Part shown: positions 1 to 13,522 of the stretch, in pieces
How positions within the stretch are numbered: position 1 is the first letter of the stretch
How the letters are laid out: the number at the start of each line of letters is the position of its first letter
Source: Vitrella brassicaformis CCMP3155
Lineage: Eukaryota; Protista; Chromerida
Length of the DNA stretch: 64,000 bases
Assembly: GCA_001179505.1 (NCBI GenBank)
Contig: CDMY01000117.1
Coordinates: forward strand, 124,001 to 188,000
Direction of reading: 5' to 3'
Program-made: the position numbers and the translations under genes
The notes under the pieces: generated by a model
What the model was told of the DNA's origin: nothing
What the model saw: the letters and a program-made list of their open reading frames with translations, nothing else
Database searches by the model: none

Positions 1-706
1 GGGGCGGGAGCTGTGGATGCCCTGTGTGCCGAGTAAGAAGCCCAAGGACCCCAAGCAGTGGAGTTTGGTGCTGGGGAGGTTTCTGGCGAGGTGTGAGGGG
101 TGGCTCAGGCGTTCCGGGCACGTGGTCATACCGGTAGACACGAGACACAGCAACGCAACGCACCCATTCACTTCACGGCACCTGGCTAAACTAGATGTGC
201 TCGCTGTGCCTATCGATTCAGATGACGGCCTGCAGCAGCGACGAGTACATGAGCGTCGCCTTCCTGACCCTCGCCACCCTCCTGTCAGGATGGGCCGCAC
301 ACGGCAGCACCCTACCCGCACCAACACGAGATCAGCCGTCTCGTCAGGGTGACAGAGAAGGAGGCACTGATGACGACCAGGCCGAGGAGGCGGGCGCACC
401 ACCGCCGCCCGCAGCGTGCCATGGGGCCTTGCCGCGCATCACCAAAGTCGACATACGGCGAGCGCTGGCGCATCTTGAGGTGGGAAATAATGCAGGCGGT
501 GGGAAGGAAGAACCGCGCATTCATGTTGTTTGTGCCTGTGTTTGTGTGTTTGTGTGCAGAGCCATTGGCCGTCCATCGGGTCGTGGGATGGCGCTTGTGT
601 GCCTCGGCTGAATGTACCGCGCTTCCTGCACAATCAGCTGACGGGATACTTCAACACTCCCTTCATGATCCATGAGGGCCGCTGGGCTGGGGGTGGGTTT
701 GTGTGA
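1..706 (+). CDS. 3' end of a hypothetical protein gene; 5' part lies outside the window
   Basis: An exon reading ...PRITKVDIRRALAHLE splices through the GT-AG intron 480-559 in frame to SHWPSIGSWDG...GGGFV* (560-706). Upstream exon boundaries are approximate and no domain was recognised. Confidence 0.55.
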
Positions 707-750
707 GCTCTGCGGCATCAATGGGATTTGTGTGAGCTCTGCGGCATCAA
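698..750. repeat. Two direct copies of a 24-nt unit overlapping the stop codon of the first gene
   Basis: tttgtgtgagctctgcggcatcaa occurs at 698-721 and 727-750. Confidence 0.9.
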
Positions 751-1179
751 ATCAATAGGTGTGTAAGAGCGCAGCGCGTGTGGGGGTTTGGATTTTGTAC
801 GTATGAGTCAGTAACTGCTGGGCCGTTCCTTTCGCGTCTGTGCTTTGTTTTGTGGTGTGGTGTGGACTCGCGTAATGAATCCCATTGAATGCACACACAC
901 ATGGACATGACATCGATAGGTCGACCACAAATCAGACCACTCATCTCATAAACGATGCATGCATGAGCCCTCCCTCCCATCGCCCTCTCAGTCTAATCAG
1001 CTATGCACACAGAAGCTAAGCTAGCAGCACACGGGGGAGTGTGCGCGTGGGTCGCCAGGCCGGTGGCCGCAAGTCGCTCACTAAACCTGACCAAACATGC
1101 CGACCACACCACACCACATCCCACCGACTACCTCACCATTTGTTCCATCGCCCCAACTGTGTGTAGCTGACTGACTGAC

Positions 1180-2919
1180 CTACGGGGGCCCCGCATCGAT
1201 GAGTGCCTGGATGTGGGGCGCGTACTGCGCATTGAGGGACGCCAGCTCCTCTGCCATGCGGTTGAGGTTCGCCTCGCTGGTGCCGAGCAGTCGCGCAATC
1301 GTCCGGCTCATTAGCTTCATCATCTCACAGGGGTCACGGTGCGCCGGGTGGCGGTGGGCTTGGATGTTCGAGAGCTCGAGGACAACGGTTGCTTTCTCTG
1401 TGATCTTGTTGCACATCTCCACAGGCATATCAACAACCGCCTGCTGCAATGTGGCGCTGAAGGTGAGAAGTCTCGCGCCCACGTAGGTGAAGAGGTGATT
1501 GCGGACGAGGTCGGTGAAGTCGAGGGCCTTCTCGATCAGCTCACGCTTGACGTTGGGGGCACGCAGACGCCTCTGGACAGGTAGGAGAGAAAGACGGCCA
1601 TGCGATGCGTGTGTGCTATATGGGTAGGTGTGTGTTGGTGCGTACGCTGGTGCCGCAATGCTGGTGGATGGCCACCGTCTTGATGTCTTGTGTGTCCACA
1701 ATGGCCACGATGCGCCTCCTCCACTCCTCAGGCGACAGGTACTGAACCAGGCTGAGGGGATCTGAGTATGTGTCTGGGCCCCCCAGAAGATACATCCCGG
1801 GGCCGAGGACAGCGACAAGGGCCTCCTTCTGGCAGAAACACATACAAAAGCACAGGTGAGCGTGTGTGACTGTTGTCCCCTCCTCGTGCGTTCATTCATT
1901 CTTGCCTTACTTACCATGGCCGACTCGCAGACGCTCCCAACGGTTGGCATGAAGAACCACCCCCCATCGCCCACCACACAGCTGCTCTTCCACCAAAACA
2001 GCGGACCAACCTCACTCAGGTCGCACTCGATGAGTGGGTTGGGCAGCAAGCGGCCGTGCGACTCGCGCACACACACCTCGATGGCATGCGTCACAGTGGC
2101 CTTGACGCGCTCCATCACAGCCGGCAGCTTGTGGGAGGGAAGGGGTAGAGGGGTGCCCGGCTCAGCGACACGGGCCATGTTGAAGACTCTGTACACGACG
2201 AACTTGCCCGTGGGGTCGAGGGTGGTGGCGCAGGGTGGGGTCAAGGGGGGTTGGGTGCCGTCGCAGGAGGCGCTAGAGAGGGCCACGACGCAGCAGAGGG
2301 TGTCGTTGTAGCGTCTCGTGTTTAGGTGCAGGTGGCGGCTGTGTGGGGGGGTTTGAGTTCTGCTGAGCACCTCCTGGATGATCTTGGTCTGCCCGCGGGC
2401 TAGCACCCGCTGGAACTCGCCCTCATCCATGTAGCCGAAGAGGTGCATGATGGCCGCCCGGCAGGACCGCAGCGCCGACTGAGACTCCTCCGACATGAGG
2501 TCGCCCATTTCCTTGCAGTGGTACTTATGGCGGGCGTCCCAGTCGCTCGCCCGGCACTCCTCGCTGCAGTAGATGACGACGTCGCAGTCGCTGCAGGCAA
2601 ACATGGTGTCCTCCTGGTCCACCTTGCCGCAACAGACGCACACGCACCGGGCGGATGCGGTGGTGGGGCTGGCGGTGCTCGCGCTGGCGGCGAACTGGCG
2701 AGGACAGGTGTGTTTGTGGCCGCTCTTCCAGTCCTGCCGCTGGTGGGCCTGCATTGCACCACACAAGCATAGCACAGCACATGCCAGCCAGCGATGCGGT
2801 GCAGCGGTGTTCCTCTTCTCTACCTTGCAGCAGTAAAAGCGGGCCTTGCACAAAGAGCACCGCTGCTCCGTGATCTCGCCGCACACCGCACAGGGGCCCG
2901 ACAGATCTCCCGATGACAT
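1180..2919 (-). CDS. Protein with two N-terminal MYND-type zinc fingers and an uncharacterised C-terminal domain (multi-exon)
   Basis: CAVCG..QRCSLCKARFYCCK|AHQRQDWKSGHKHTC and CVCCG..FACSDCDVVIYCSEECRASDWDARHKYHC both fit the zf-MYND Cys/His pattern. The ORF track reads through the introns. Confidence 0.85.
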   Translation of the reverse strand: MSSGDLSGPCAVCGEITEQRCSLCKARFYCCKVEKRNTAAPHRWLACAVLCLCGAMQAHQRQDWKSGHKHTCPRQFAASASTASPTTASARCVCVCCGKVDQEDTMFACSDCDVVIYCSEECRASDWDARHKYHCKEMGDLMSEESQSALRSCRAAIMHLFGYMDEGEFQRVLARGQTKIIQEVLSRTQTPPHSRHLHLNTRRYNDTLCCVVALSSASCDGTQPPLTPPCATTLDPTGKFVVYRVFNMARVAEPGTPLPLPSHKLPAVMERVKATVTHAIEVCVRESHGRLLPNPLIECDLSEVGPLFWWKSSCVVGDGGWFFMPTVGSVCESAMVSKARMNERTRRGQQSHTLTCAFVCVSARRRPLSLSSAPGCIFWGAQTHTQIPSAWFSTCRLRSGGGASWPLWTHKTSRRWPSTSIAAPAYAPTHTYPYSTHASHGRLSLLPVQRRLRAPNVKRELIEKALDFTDLVRNHLFTYVGARLLTFSATLQQAVVDMPVEMCNKITEKATVVLELSNIQAHRHPAHRDPCEMMKLMSRTIARLLGTSEANLNRMAEELASLNAQYAPHIQALIDAGPP

Positions 2920-3294
2920 GGTGACGACGGCTCAAAGCAGGGAGAATGGCGACCAACACGTCCGGCGGCTGCAATGCTGGGTAGGAAGGGAAGAGCGGTG
3001 GGGCGCAGAGCGGTCGGTCGGGTCTGCCGTGGTGCTCTGGACTCACAAAAAGATGCAAAAAGCCGCCTCACGAGAACTGAGCTCGCAGTCAGATGCTGAG
3101 CTTGCAGAGAGCGAAACCGAACTGGCGATGATTGGCGTTCCAGTTGGCGCTTCTACGGCGATGAAGCAAAAATGACGAGGTAACGGGAGTAGCGGTGATC
3201 TGTGTGGAGCGGGCGATGGAGGGAGTGTCGTGTGTCCGCTGTGCTGTTCAGGTGTGTGTAGTTCTTGTCACTCACTCCCGAGTGGCCATCCGCC

Positions 3295-5531
3295 ATGGCG
3301 GACACAGGTGGGCGGCCCGGGTGGGTGGGCTGGTGGCAATGGATGCACAGCAATGACGTTGAAGCGCATCGTGTGTTCTCTGCCGATTGTCGCTCTTTCA
3401 GATAACGTTGGTTTTGACGCGTTGGCCCAGGAGGCCATCGACACTCAGACGGTGAGCCGTGGCGCATCAGAACCGCTGCATGTGCCAGCCCTTCTGCATT
3501 GTGTTGTGTTGTGTTGTGTTGTGTATGTCTCTGGTTAGGAGAGCATTGGTGAGGCGTTGGGGAAGGTGCGAGGCCTCGTCAACCAGTTTGCGGAGTTTCA
3601 GGCGCAGGTCACACACACACAAAGATAGCATCACATGGACACACACGAAGAGAGGCAGAGTGCACCTGGATTGTTTTCTCTCTCTGTGTGTTGTCTCTGC
3701 GTGTGCAGGCGCGAGAGTTGTTGGGTTTTCTGACTTCCAAGGTGCGCATCAGATTACACCACACCACTCGGACGCCAGAGAGCGGGCATGCATGGGCTGC
3801 TGCTCTCCTGCTCTCTCTCTCCCTCCGTCCGTGTGTGGGTGTGGGTGCGTACAGGACACGGTCCGCGATAGTCGTTTGCATCTGATTAATCGCGCCATCC
3901 ACAATTTTACCGACGCGTACCGGGCCTATGGCAAGGGCCTCTCGCGCATCGCAGGGGTGGCGGGGGTACGCTCCCATCCACACACACATACACACACTCC
4001 CATCCCAGAGAGAGAGGAAGGATCCATCTCTTTCCTCTCTCTCTCTGTGTGTGTTGGTTGTGTGTGGCTGCAGTTGGAGGGCCATGGCAAGACGTTCAAG
4101 CTGGTGAAGCGCGCTGAGCCGCCCAAGAAGAAACCGGGCTCATCGAAGAAGAAGAGAAAATCGGGCAAACAGGTCGGTCACGCCGCACCGACACATGAAG
4201 CGCACCAACACCGAACACCAATTCTTGTGTGTCGTGTGCCGTGTGCTGCCTGTGTGTGTGTGTGTGTGTGTGTGTGCAGGCTGCATTGCGACGTTCCCAG
4301 CAGCAGCAGCAGGGCCGCCCCGACCTCTTCTCGCTGCTGCCCGACGTGATTCGCGACAACCTGCTGCCCCTGCTGACCCCCTCGGACACCTGCTCCCTGG
4401 GCGCCAGCGCCGCATCGGTGGGAAGCAGCCAGGTGGGTGCCGCCGTCGCATCGGGCATCGACAAGTGCATCCGCACCGAGAACCTCGGCGACGTGCTGTC
4501 CTACTCCACCATCCGGGAGTCGACCTCCGCCCGCCGGTTCTCGCAGATGGTGCGGCTGCACTACGCGATGGAGAAGGGGGGCTGCTGGCGGCGGAGCGGG
4601 CACATGATCCGCGTCGCCAAGCACCACGGGTGGGTCAGGTCGCTGCCCATCGAGCTCACCCCCGCCAGCCTGGAGCGAGCCGGCACCAAGACTGAGATCG
4701 ACCGGCGGTCCCCGATGTCGGCGGTGCAGCTGATGCTCTTCACCGACCGCCTCACGCGCAACGGGGCCAATGTGGAGCTGGACCAGAACCCGGTGTATCA
4801 TGGCCTGGGTAAGCTCACACATGGATGGATGGATGGATGGGTGGGTGGGCTGGGAGAGAGAGGGGATGCATTTGATTGTGTGTCATTTAAACGTTTGTGT
4901 GCAGGTGGCCAGGTGTTTGGTGGCGAGTATCGCATCGGCGGCAGGACGGTGCAGGACCTGACGAGCAGGGTGACGGGCTCCCTGCTGTCCAACGGCGACG
5001 CGGTGCCAGACTCGGGCGAGAAGCTCCTCGAGTGTAAGGGTAAGTGTATGTAAGTCTGTCCACTCCACCACACACGACAAACAACACAGTGACTCACTCT
5101 CTCTTGCTCTCCTTCCTTCCTGTCTGTCTGTCTGTCTGTCTGTCAGGTTCGGGCTACTACTACCAATCGCTGCACGACCCCATTTTCTGCCGGTGAATGG
5201 AATGCTCCATCCATCCATCCATCAGGGCCGCCTCACCGCCTCATGGCAACACGCCGTCCTCCGCATTCATCTCTCTCTCTCTCTCTCTCTTGTGTGTGTG
5301 TGTGTTGTGTCTTCTGCAGGGTGCAGAGTGACTGGGGACACAAGGTCGCGTCAACGGGTGAGATCTACCCGCGGGAGACCGCCCGCTTCAAACGCGTCGA
5401 AAAACTCAGCCAGTCGGGGCCGCTGTACAGCAACGCCTGGTCGACCCGCAGCAGCTGGCACTCGGTACACCCACCCACCCACACCACACACACAACCATG
5501 AGCCATGCACCGCACACAATACATCTGCTTG

Positions 5532-5571
<40 letters not shown>

Positions 5572-5815
5572 TTGTGTGCAGGTGGTTCGCCATCTGACGC
5601 TGTACGGGCACGAGAAGGACGACGAGTTCACTGTGCATCTGCGGATCACGGCCATCAAGGAGGGCCACGTGGAGGTGTCGCTGTGCACCACAGAGCCCGC
5701 CCCGCACACACGGGCCATCGCCAAGGCGTACGAGAAGATGGGCGAGGAGGAGGTGATGCTCATCTTCGGCAAGGAGGGCATAGTGGCCGGTGGAGACGAC
5801 CTCAGACACAACTGA
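3295..5815 (+). CDS. Multi-exon hypothetical protein with a basic NLS-like patch, an F-box-like motif and a lineage-expanded domain
   Basis: Frame-compatible exons MADT|DNVGFDALAQEAIDTQT|ESIGEALGKV..|ARELLGFLTSK|DTVRDSRL..|LEGHGKTF..KKKRKSGKQ|AALRRS..LFSLLPDVIRDNLLPLLTPSD.. end at DDLRHN*. The F-box-like call rests on motif resemblance only. Confidence 0.7.
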
Positions 5816-6617
5816 GGTGGGCGGATGCCTAACGTAGTCAACAGGTGGGCGGATGGGGTGGGTGGCTGAAGAAGATAATGGCTATCACATAAAGGCGATC
5901 TGTGTGTGTGTGTCTGTGTGTGGGTGTGTGCGCAGTGGAGTAGACGTTGGAGACGGCGGTTGGCACCCCCTGTTTGCTGGCTAATTCTTGGGTGTGAATG
6001 AGAGTGAGAGTGCGTGTGGCGATAGGTGAAGACGTCCCTGCCCCTGCGTGGGTGGGTCACACTGTGTGTTGCTCTGTCTGTTTAAGAAGCCAGCCCCCCC
6101 TCCCCATCCCCCCCAGTCTGTGTGCTGCTGCTGGATGCATCATCCCATCTGTCCCATCCGTCCAGCCATCGATCCATCCATCCATCCATCCATCCATCCA
6201 TCCGCGGATGGGATATATGCCCTTTCATGTGTCCCCATGTGCATGTGCTGCATGTGCGGACCTTTTATCCATTGGTTCGTCTGGTTGGTCGCCGATGGAG
6301 GCATCCCATCCATGTGTGCGTTGATGCATCCAATGAATGACACGGACTGAATTCAGGTCCATCCTTCCTAAGACGTTTTTGCCCATCCACATCCGCACGC
6401 AGAGCCTTTCTTTGTTCAAGTGCAGTGCAGGCATTCACGCCACACTACGGGCAAGCCAGCCACTTTTGAGTCAAAAAAGCTCGCAGGCGCGGCGAGTAAA
6501 CGTGCTTCCCAGTTTGGAAAGACCATCCACTCAGATGGCCTGACCTTGGCCCCGCAGGCTAGCAACGCTCTACCCCTCATACTACCCATCATACATACCA
6601 ACGTTCTGACGTCCGCG

Positions 6618-8852
6618 ATGAATTCAACGTGGCTGGTGTTGTTCCCGGTGGTGGTGCTTCTGCTGACGACAGCGTCCGCTCACGTGCACCCCAACGCCTC
6701 TGAAGCCTCAAAGCACTCTGCTGCGGCCGCCGACGAGTCGGCCAATGGCACCATTGGGTCAGAGGGGATTTCGGCCAGCATCCTCTCATTCGCCAAATCC
6801 GCCGCCAGCTTCGTGCCCTTCCCCTTCCCCCTCTCGTCGCTGGTTGCACTGCGCCACATCCCCAACACGCAGGGCGCCCTCCGCCACGAGCTGCGCCAGA
6901 TCATCCCACTGAGATTCCGCATTGAATTCGGCAAGGCCGGCCAGGGTGGCCAGCAGGGGAGCAGTCCGGGTGGCGAGGTGGGTGGCTCATCGCGGCAGGT
7001 GCCCGGCGCCCCTTCGCTGCAGCTGCCATCTCCGTCGGCCCAGCCGACGGCTGCGGCGAGCGCCTCTGAGAAGCGGTATGAGGAGCGAGAGGCGAGTTTG
7101 TTTGAGTTTGACTGGCTGGTGGTGACGGGGTGCACTGTGATGACGGCCCTGATCTTCCTGCTGCTGTCGTACGGACACTGCAGCAGATGGACGCTACCCG
7201 AAATGCAAAAGTGTGACATAAGGTGAGTCAGTTTTAAGGAGGAGAGATGTGATGTGATGTGCAACGAACGGGGAGACAGACCATTGGACTCACTCCGCTG
7301 TTCTTGTGTGTGTGTGTGTGTCAGGGTATTGTTTTACCTGTTGCTATTCTCCGTCATATCCTATGTCAAGTGCCTCACCAACCAGAAGCGCCTCTGGCTA
7401 CTCGCAAGTATGGGCACATGTGCTGGCTGCATACGACACGCTTATTTGGAGTGCTCTCTCTCTCTCTCTCCCTCTCTGTGTGTGTGTGTGTGTGTGTCAG
7501 TTCGCTCCTTCTACGAGGCGTACGTGCTGTATCTGCTGTTCTACGTCATGCCCGTCCTCTTCATGGGCGGCGAGACCAACACCATGACCAAACTGCACAT
7601 ACGACACAAACTAAGAGACCCACGGACGTACCCAATCGCACACACACTGTCACACACACACACACACAGATGCGTCTGTCCGATCGGTACCCTACCTTGG
7701 ATGCAGCTATGTGCTGACGACCAAGCTGATGTTCATGTTTCTCATGGCGTTCGGTCCGGCGGTCAATCTCATACACTATGCCGTGCAGCAGCGGCGGGGC
7801 GGCGAGGCCCTGTGGGTGGAGGAGGCCCTTCTCATACTCGACATACTCGTCATGATCGCCGTCCTCGTCAACGCACTACAGGTCACCTGGCGTCTCAGAG
7901 AGAGAGGGAGTGGACAGGCGCATGACAATGGTTCGTTTGGTGACTCATTCTGACTGCAGTTTTGGTTCAAGATATCGCGGGAGTGCCGATCTCTTCGACT
8001 CCAAACAAAGAAGTCAGTCACCACTGACAGTGGAGTAGAACCGACCAGCAAGCAGAGAGGGCTGTCATCCATCCATTCGTTTGTGTGTATGTGGCTGGGC
8101 TGGCTCCAGGGCGTTGGTCGTGCCGCTGGTTGTGCTGGGCAGCTTTCAGGACCTCATCTGCGAGGCGGCCTGGGGAGATGCCGAGAAAGGACTGGTAAGG
8201 TCGGCGAGGCTTTCTTTCGACAGATATAGGGAGGGAGAGAAACAGACAGACGGGAGGGTGACTGCATACCATCCACGTCTCTCACCGCGCTTTTCTGCCT
8301 GTGGATCGGGTCAGCGTTTCTCTGGAGCCTTGTTTGTCTTCGAGATAACCGCCATCAGCTTCGTCGCCCTCACAGACTACAGGCACCCACCCCACCCCAC
8401 CCAACACACACACAGATGGACGGACACATAGCATTTCTCGTGTGTGGGTTAATTCATGTGTCTCCTGCTGCCTTCTTATGTCTCTTAGCGCCGATCGTGA
8501 CATCCTGGTCGACGCCTTGCCGCCACAGGAGCTGTCGATGCTGCAGAGGATCGGGCAGGTCCTTTGCATCTGGGATGTGTTCCGCCGGCTCGAGATGGAC
8601 CACCAGCGGTTCGTCGAGATCCGGACGGCACTCCAGCGCACACAGGCACCTTTCAAGGCACTGCTCCTGCCGTCCAGCACGCAGCACTTCCACTACCAGC
8701 AGCAACACACACACAATGCCTATGCGGCGCCGCACACACAGGTACGCAGCACCAAGGTGGCATGGCATGGTGCGGCCTGCACTTTGGCGTGTGTGTGTGT
8801 GTGTGTGTTCTGTGCTGTTGTCTGTCAGTACGGGTCTGCTGAGGGCGAATAA
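6618..8852 (+). CDS. TMEM184/OSTalpha-family (Solute_trans_a) multi-pass membrane protein with a signal peptide and a long N-terminal extension
   Basis: Signal-like start MNSTWLVLFPVVVLLLTTASA. DIR|VLFYLLLFSVISYVK and FYEAYVLYLLFYVMPVLFMGGE resemble the family motifs IRIL..VPIY and YEA..Y.F...GGE. Further TM exons follow; the last exon is YGSAEGE*. Confidence 0.7.
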
Positions 8853-10537
8853 GACAGACACACTCCGATGTATGTATATCGCTGTTCGGTGTACATGGCT
8901 GGTTTGCTGGTCGATGTATGTGGTTGGACCTGTTATCGTAATGGTCAGCTGACAGTGAAAGCAATGCCCGTCCTCTCCTCTCGTGTCTGTCGCATGTTTC
9001 TACCACCCACACCACACCACACCACACCACGTCACGCGTCAAACCCACGACCGACAACGAAAAAGCGGGTGGTGAAAATTGCCACACCAAGGAAACTGAA
9101 CCTGCCGATCGATTTGTGTCGCGACATGCCTCTCATTGCAATCTTTGCTGGCTGTGCTGTTGACGAGTGCAGCAGCGCAGTGCAGTGCGCACAGATGTGT
9201 AGGTAGATCGATCGAATCGATGCTCTCACGCACGCAGGTCGTTGCTGCCTGCCGTGTGGTGTGGCATGCCATGGGGAGGGAGAGGTACGGTAGGTACGTC
9301 TCTCCATCCATCCATCCACCCACCCACCCACCCATGAACACCACACGTACCCCCAGCTGGGCCCCTCTCTGCCTGCCCATTCCTTCCTTGTCATGTCAGG
9401 ACAGGAAGCAGCAACGTGCCGTGTGAACAGAGCCACACTCGTATCAACCAACGGGTGCACGCTAGCAAGTAAACTACCTACCTGCATCCTATCCACACAT
9501 TCGCTCCCCACACTCGACTCGCCCCTCTCAGCACCTCGTCTCTCGCCCCTCTCTGTATCGCGTCTCGATGTGCCCCGCCGCCCCTCGCCGCCCCGCCCCT
9601 CCCGTCGCGTGTGTACTCACATACGTGTACGCAAAAATCGGCAGGCAGTCAGTCAGTCAGTCATGACGTCATGTGCATCCATCACCTCCTTGCTTCGTCA
9701 GGAGACGTCGGGGTGGACGGCCGGGTGGCAGGCGAAGCTCGCCATTCTATAGACACTTCGGCCCACATCAATCAGAGCCCAAGACTAAAAACATGTACGC
9801 AGGCCACCGCACCCCCACATCTCACTCACCCGACGATAGACATGCCATATATACAACACCGACAGACAGACAGACAGACAGACAGACATAGATGCGGCCA
9901 GAAACCTGGACATGACAAGACAGACGGATGTCAGTCACCCGTGTGGCGCGGCGCGTGCGTGCACCTTCGTGGACAGACCCACAGACGCACTACGGCATGG
10001 CATGCACCCGAACAAACCGTGCGATGTGTCTATAGCTATATATAATATAAAGTTCTCAATCATACCAATGAGCGAGCGCATCCATCCGACCGACCGACCG
10101 ACCGGTGTCAATGGGCAAAACGGCGAGAAAAGCAAAAACCAAAAGCAAAGACGCACTCATACATACAGTACACGGTGCACAAACATCACTCTGCCCACCG
10201 ACCCGAGCCACCGACGCCGATGGATGGATGGCACGCCGCTCCTCTCTCCCCTCGTCGCAACATCAACACCCCTTCCCCTCTCTCTCACTCGCAAGACCGA
10301 CCCGACCAACATCAGAGCAAAAGATGCGCAGACGAGCCACACAACCAACGCGGACGTGCAAACACCTCTAGCCGCCGCCCCACCTGCCACCCAGTGGCGC
10401 ATACATCATGTGACACACGCAATGAATCAAAACTCCCGCTGGCTGCCCACGGCTGGCGGATGGGTGCCGCTCTCGCAGCTGTCAGACGTAGAGGGATGCA
10501 AAGGAAGAAGACCCCACCTAGTCAGGATGGTGTCTGT

Positions 10538-13297
10538 CTATTTGGCTGCCTCTGTCTTCGTGGTTTCATTGGTCATGGCGTAGGAGAAGCCGGCGGTGGT
10601 GCTGCTGGCCTTGCAGGTGCCCATCATCGCCTTGACGGTCGGGATCAGGGAGCTGGTAGGTAGGAAGGACACACACAACACAACACAACAGGGGCAGGCC
10701 GAGCGACAGACATGGCGGCAGATGCAGATGGGGAATGTCTGTGTGCGGTTCGATTACCCGAGGTATTCGGCTGACTTCTTGACGGTCCTCGGGCGCTCGG
10801 GATCTTTGAAGTCGATATAAGTCAGACCGAACCTGGGAAGGCGCGCACACAGAGGGAGTTGGGTGGCAGCCGTGTGGGTGTTGTGCTGGTACACGCGCAC
10901 CGCACCGTTTGTCATATCCGTCGGCCCATTCAAAATTGTCAAGGAGCGACCATGCGAAGTAGCCGATGACGGGGACACCGTCCATCATGGCCTTGGCCAT
11001 CTCAGAGAGGTAGTCCTGGTAGCAACGACATTGACCAGTAGGTATGTCCCTCCCTCCCTCCCTCCCTCCCCGTGTGTCTGTCTGTCTGTCTGTCTGCCTG
11101 CCCTGCCTGTGTGTCCGTGCGTCGAGTCGACACGTACCTGGTAGTAACCAATCCTGGACTGGTCATTGATGAGGATGTCGGTATCTTCGCTCTCCTCGTC
11201 AGACGTGCCTGTACTCACAACACAACGGGGGCATGACGACATCCATGTCAATCCCCGTGTGTGTGTGTGTGTACCATTTTCGGTGACGATGATCTCTGAG
11301 GGATTCCACCGGGCCTTGATGTACCTGAGCAGTCGGCTGAAGCCCCAGGGCACCACGTACAGCCACTTGGAGGCGGCCTTGGGGCCGATCGACACCCCGT
11401 TGCGGAAGCTCGTCTCGTGCAGGCCATACTCCTTGGTCGAATCAACGTACCTGCACACACACACAGACACACCGAATGGATGGCGAGACACGTGTGCAGG
11501 AGGTCTCCGCCCGTCTGTATGGTGTTGGTGTGTTGATGCGTGTGCGTGTGCGTGTGTGTGTGTGTCTGTGGGCGTACAGGGAAGTGTAGTGGTTGAGTCC
11601 GAAAAAGTCGGCGGACCCCTTGACGGCTGCCTTCTCCTCGGTGGTGAAGACGGGCATGTCGTCGCCGTACTGAGCCTTCAAGCTCTCGGGGTAGTCGCCA
11701 TTGCCAAAGATCTGACCACACAAGACAAGACACCAGACGTCGCTGCTTGGCTGGCTGGGCCGTGTGTGTAGGTAGCGTGCGTGTGTAGGTATGTACCGGC
11801 TCAGCGAACCATCCGAGCTGCGAGTCCATCTCTGTCTCGACGAGAGCGACGTCACCGGGGTTGCTTGCGTCGAGGGGCGCCCGCCACTCTGAGTTGAGGG
11901 TGATGCCGATCTTGGCGTCGGGACGCTGGTCCGCGTAAAACTCCTTCCAGATCGAATACGCCTGCCAAACAGAACACACGTGTGATTGCCATCGTCTGTC
12001 TGCCTCTTGTGTGTGCGCCGCTCGCCTTGGCGTGAGACTTCAGGACGTTGTGGCCACACATGAGGTGGCCAGTGTCAGAAACGACGCCAGGGGCATCTGT
12101 GGGGGGGGGGGAGGGGACAGACACACAAGGGGTTGTTGATGTGTCCGTCTCGTCTCGTGTGTGTGGTGCCGCTTACGCGTTCCCCAGTGGTATCCAAGTT
12201 TGCAGAACACCCAGATCTCGTTGAACTGACACGCATCACATCACATCACATCACACCCACACACAAATGGCTCTGGCCTGTCCACGCCTCGGTGTGTGCG
12301 CGTCGCTCCATCCATCCCGCCCCTTTGCTCACTGTGAGCCAATACTTGACGTCCTTGAGCTCCCAGAACATCAGGTCCGCGTACTTGCCGAACGCATCAA
12401 CCACCGTCTCGTTGCGCCAGTCGAGAGTGCTGCAAGTGGGCAGGCCAGAACACCCAACAGACAGGTATCAGCAGTGTCCCTTCTCCCGCCTGACATCGCG
12501 CCGCTTACGATGGCAGGTCCCAGTGGTAGAGGGTCACGACTGGTTCGATGCCCGCGTCGACCAGAGCCTTCGTCAGGTCCCGATAAAACTTGATGCCTAC
12601 AAACAGCACAGATGAGCGGACCGGCTGTGTGTGTGCGGTGTGCGGTGTGGCCAGCAGACCTTCTTCGTTCTTTTCGCTGCCGTTCATGACGCGTGGCCAT
12701 GCGATGGAGTAGCGGAAGTGGGTGAAGTTGAGGCTCTTCATCAGCTTGATGTCGTCCGCGTACTTGTGATAAAAGTCGCACGCAACATCGCCCTGAGAGA
12801 GGGAACACAGCATCAGGCACACAGACCACCAGTGGGTGCAGGTGCAGAGACCCCATTTATTGTGTCGAGATTAGAAGAGCCTCCTTGTGTGTGCGTTGCG
12901 TACATTGTCGTTGTTTTTGATCTTGCCGCGCCCCTCGGCTTCGCTCGTGTGTGTGAAGGTGTCCCAGTGGCTTGGCACGCGCCCGCCCTCATTCCAACCA
13001 CCCTCAACCTGCGACCAACAAACAGAGATACAGATACTGCCTGCGGGTGTCTGCGGGTGTCTGCGTGTGTGTTGGGACCTGGTAGGCAGCCGTGGCTGTG
13101 CCCCACATGAAGTCCTTAGTGAGGACGCCGTCCTTCTTGAGTTTGCCGATGGCCGATGCCAGCTCCTGCGCCACGCTCTCCTCGAGGTCAAGCCCGGCGT
13201 TGCACGCCACGTCGCTGCCCTGACCCAGGGCGCCTGCCACGATGGACGTCACCAGCAGCAACAGCATCCTGACGGAGCAGCGGCCCAAGACACCCAT
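10538..13297 (-). CDS. Secreted glycoside hydrolase family 1 (beta-glucosidase-like), multi-exon
   Basis: Signal peptide, then [11 protein letters not shown]|[29 protein letters not shown], acid/base T|FNE, nucleophile [19 protein letters not shown] and RFGL.YIDF. Stop codon at 10538-10540. Confidence 0.95.
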
Positions 13298-13522
13298 TTA
13301 AGCGACAGGGACAGGCTGTGTTGTGTGGCAGTTAAAAACGGCAAACTTAACGGCGGCCGGGGCCGCGGCCAGGATAGTTTTCGTCGGCGATACCCCATGC
13401 CATGGACAAGGCTTGGAGGAATAGAAGCACGTGCACGTCATGAAGGAAAGCGCTCGCAATCCTAAACTACGTTCCACGTTGCGAGCTCAGAAGCGATCGG
13501 CAGGAGAAGAAAGCGGCGGAGG

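Noticed and set aside
8853-10537. ORFs and (GACA)n or (CAGT)n runs between the TMEM184-like and GH1 genes
   Set aside because: No consistent exon chain or motif; this looks like convergent 3' UTR and intergenic sequence.
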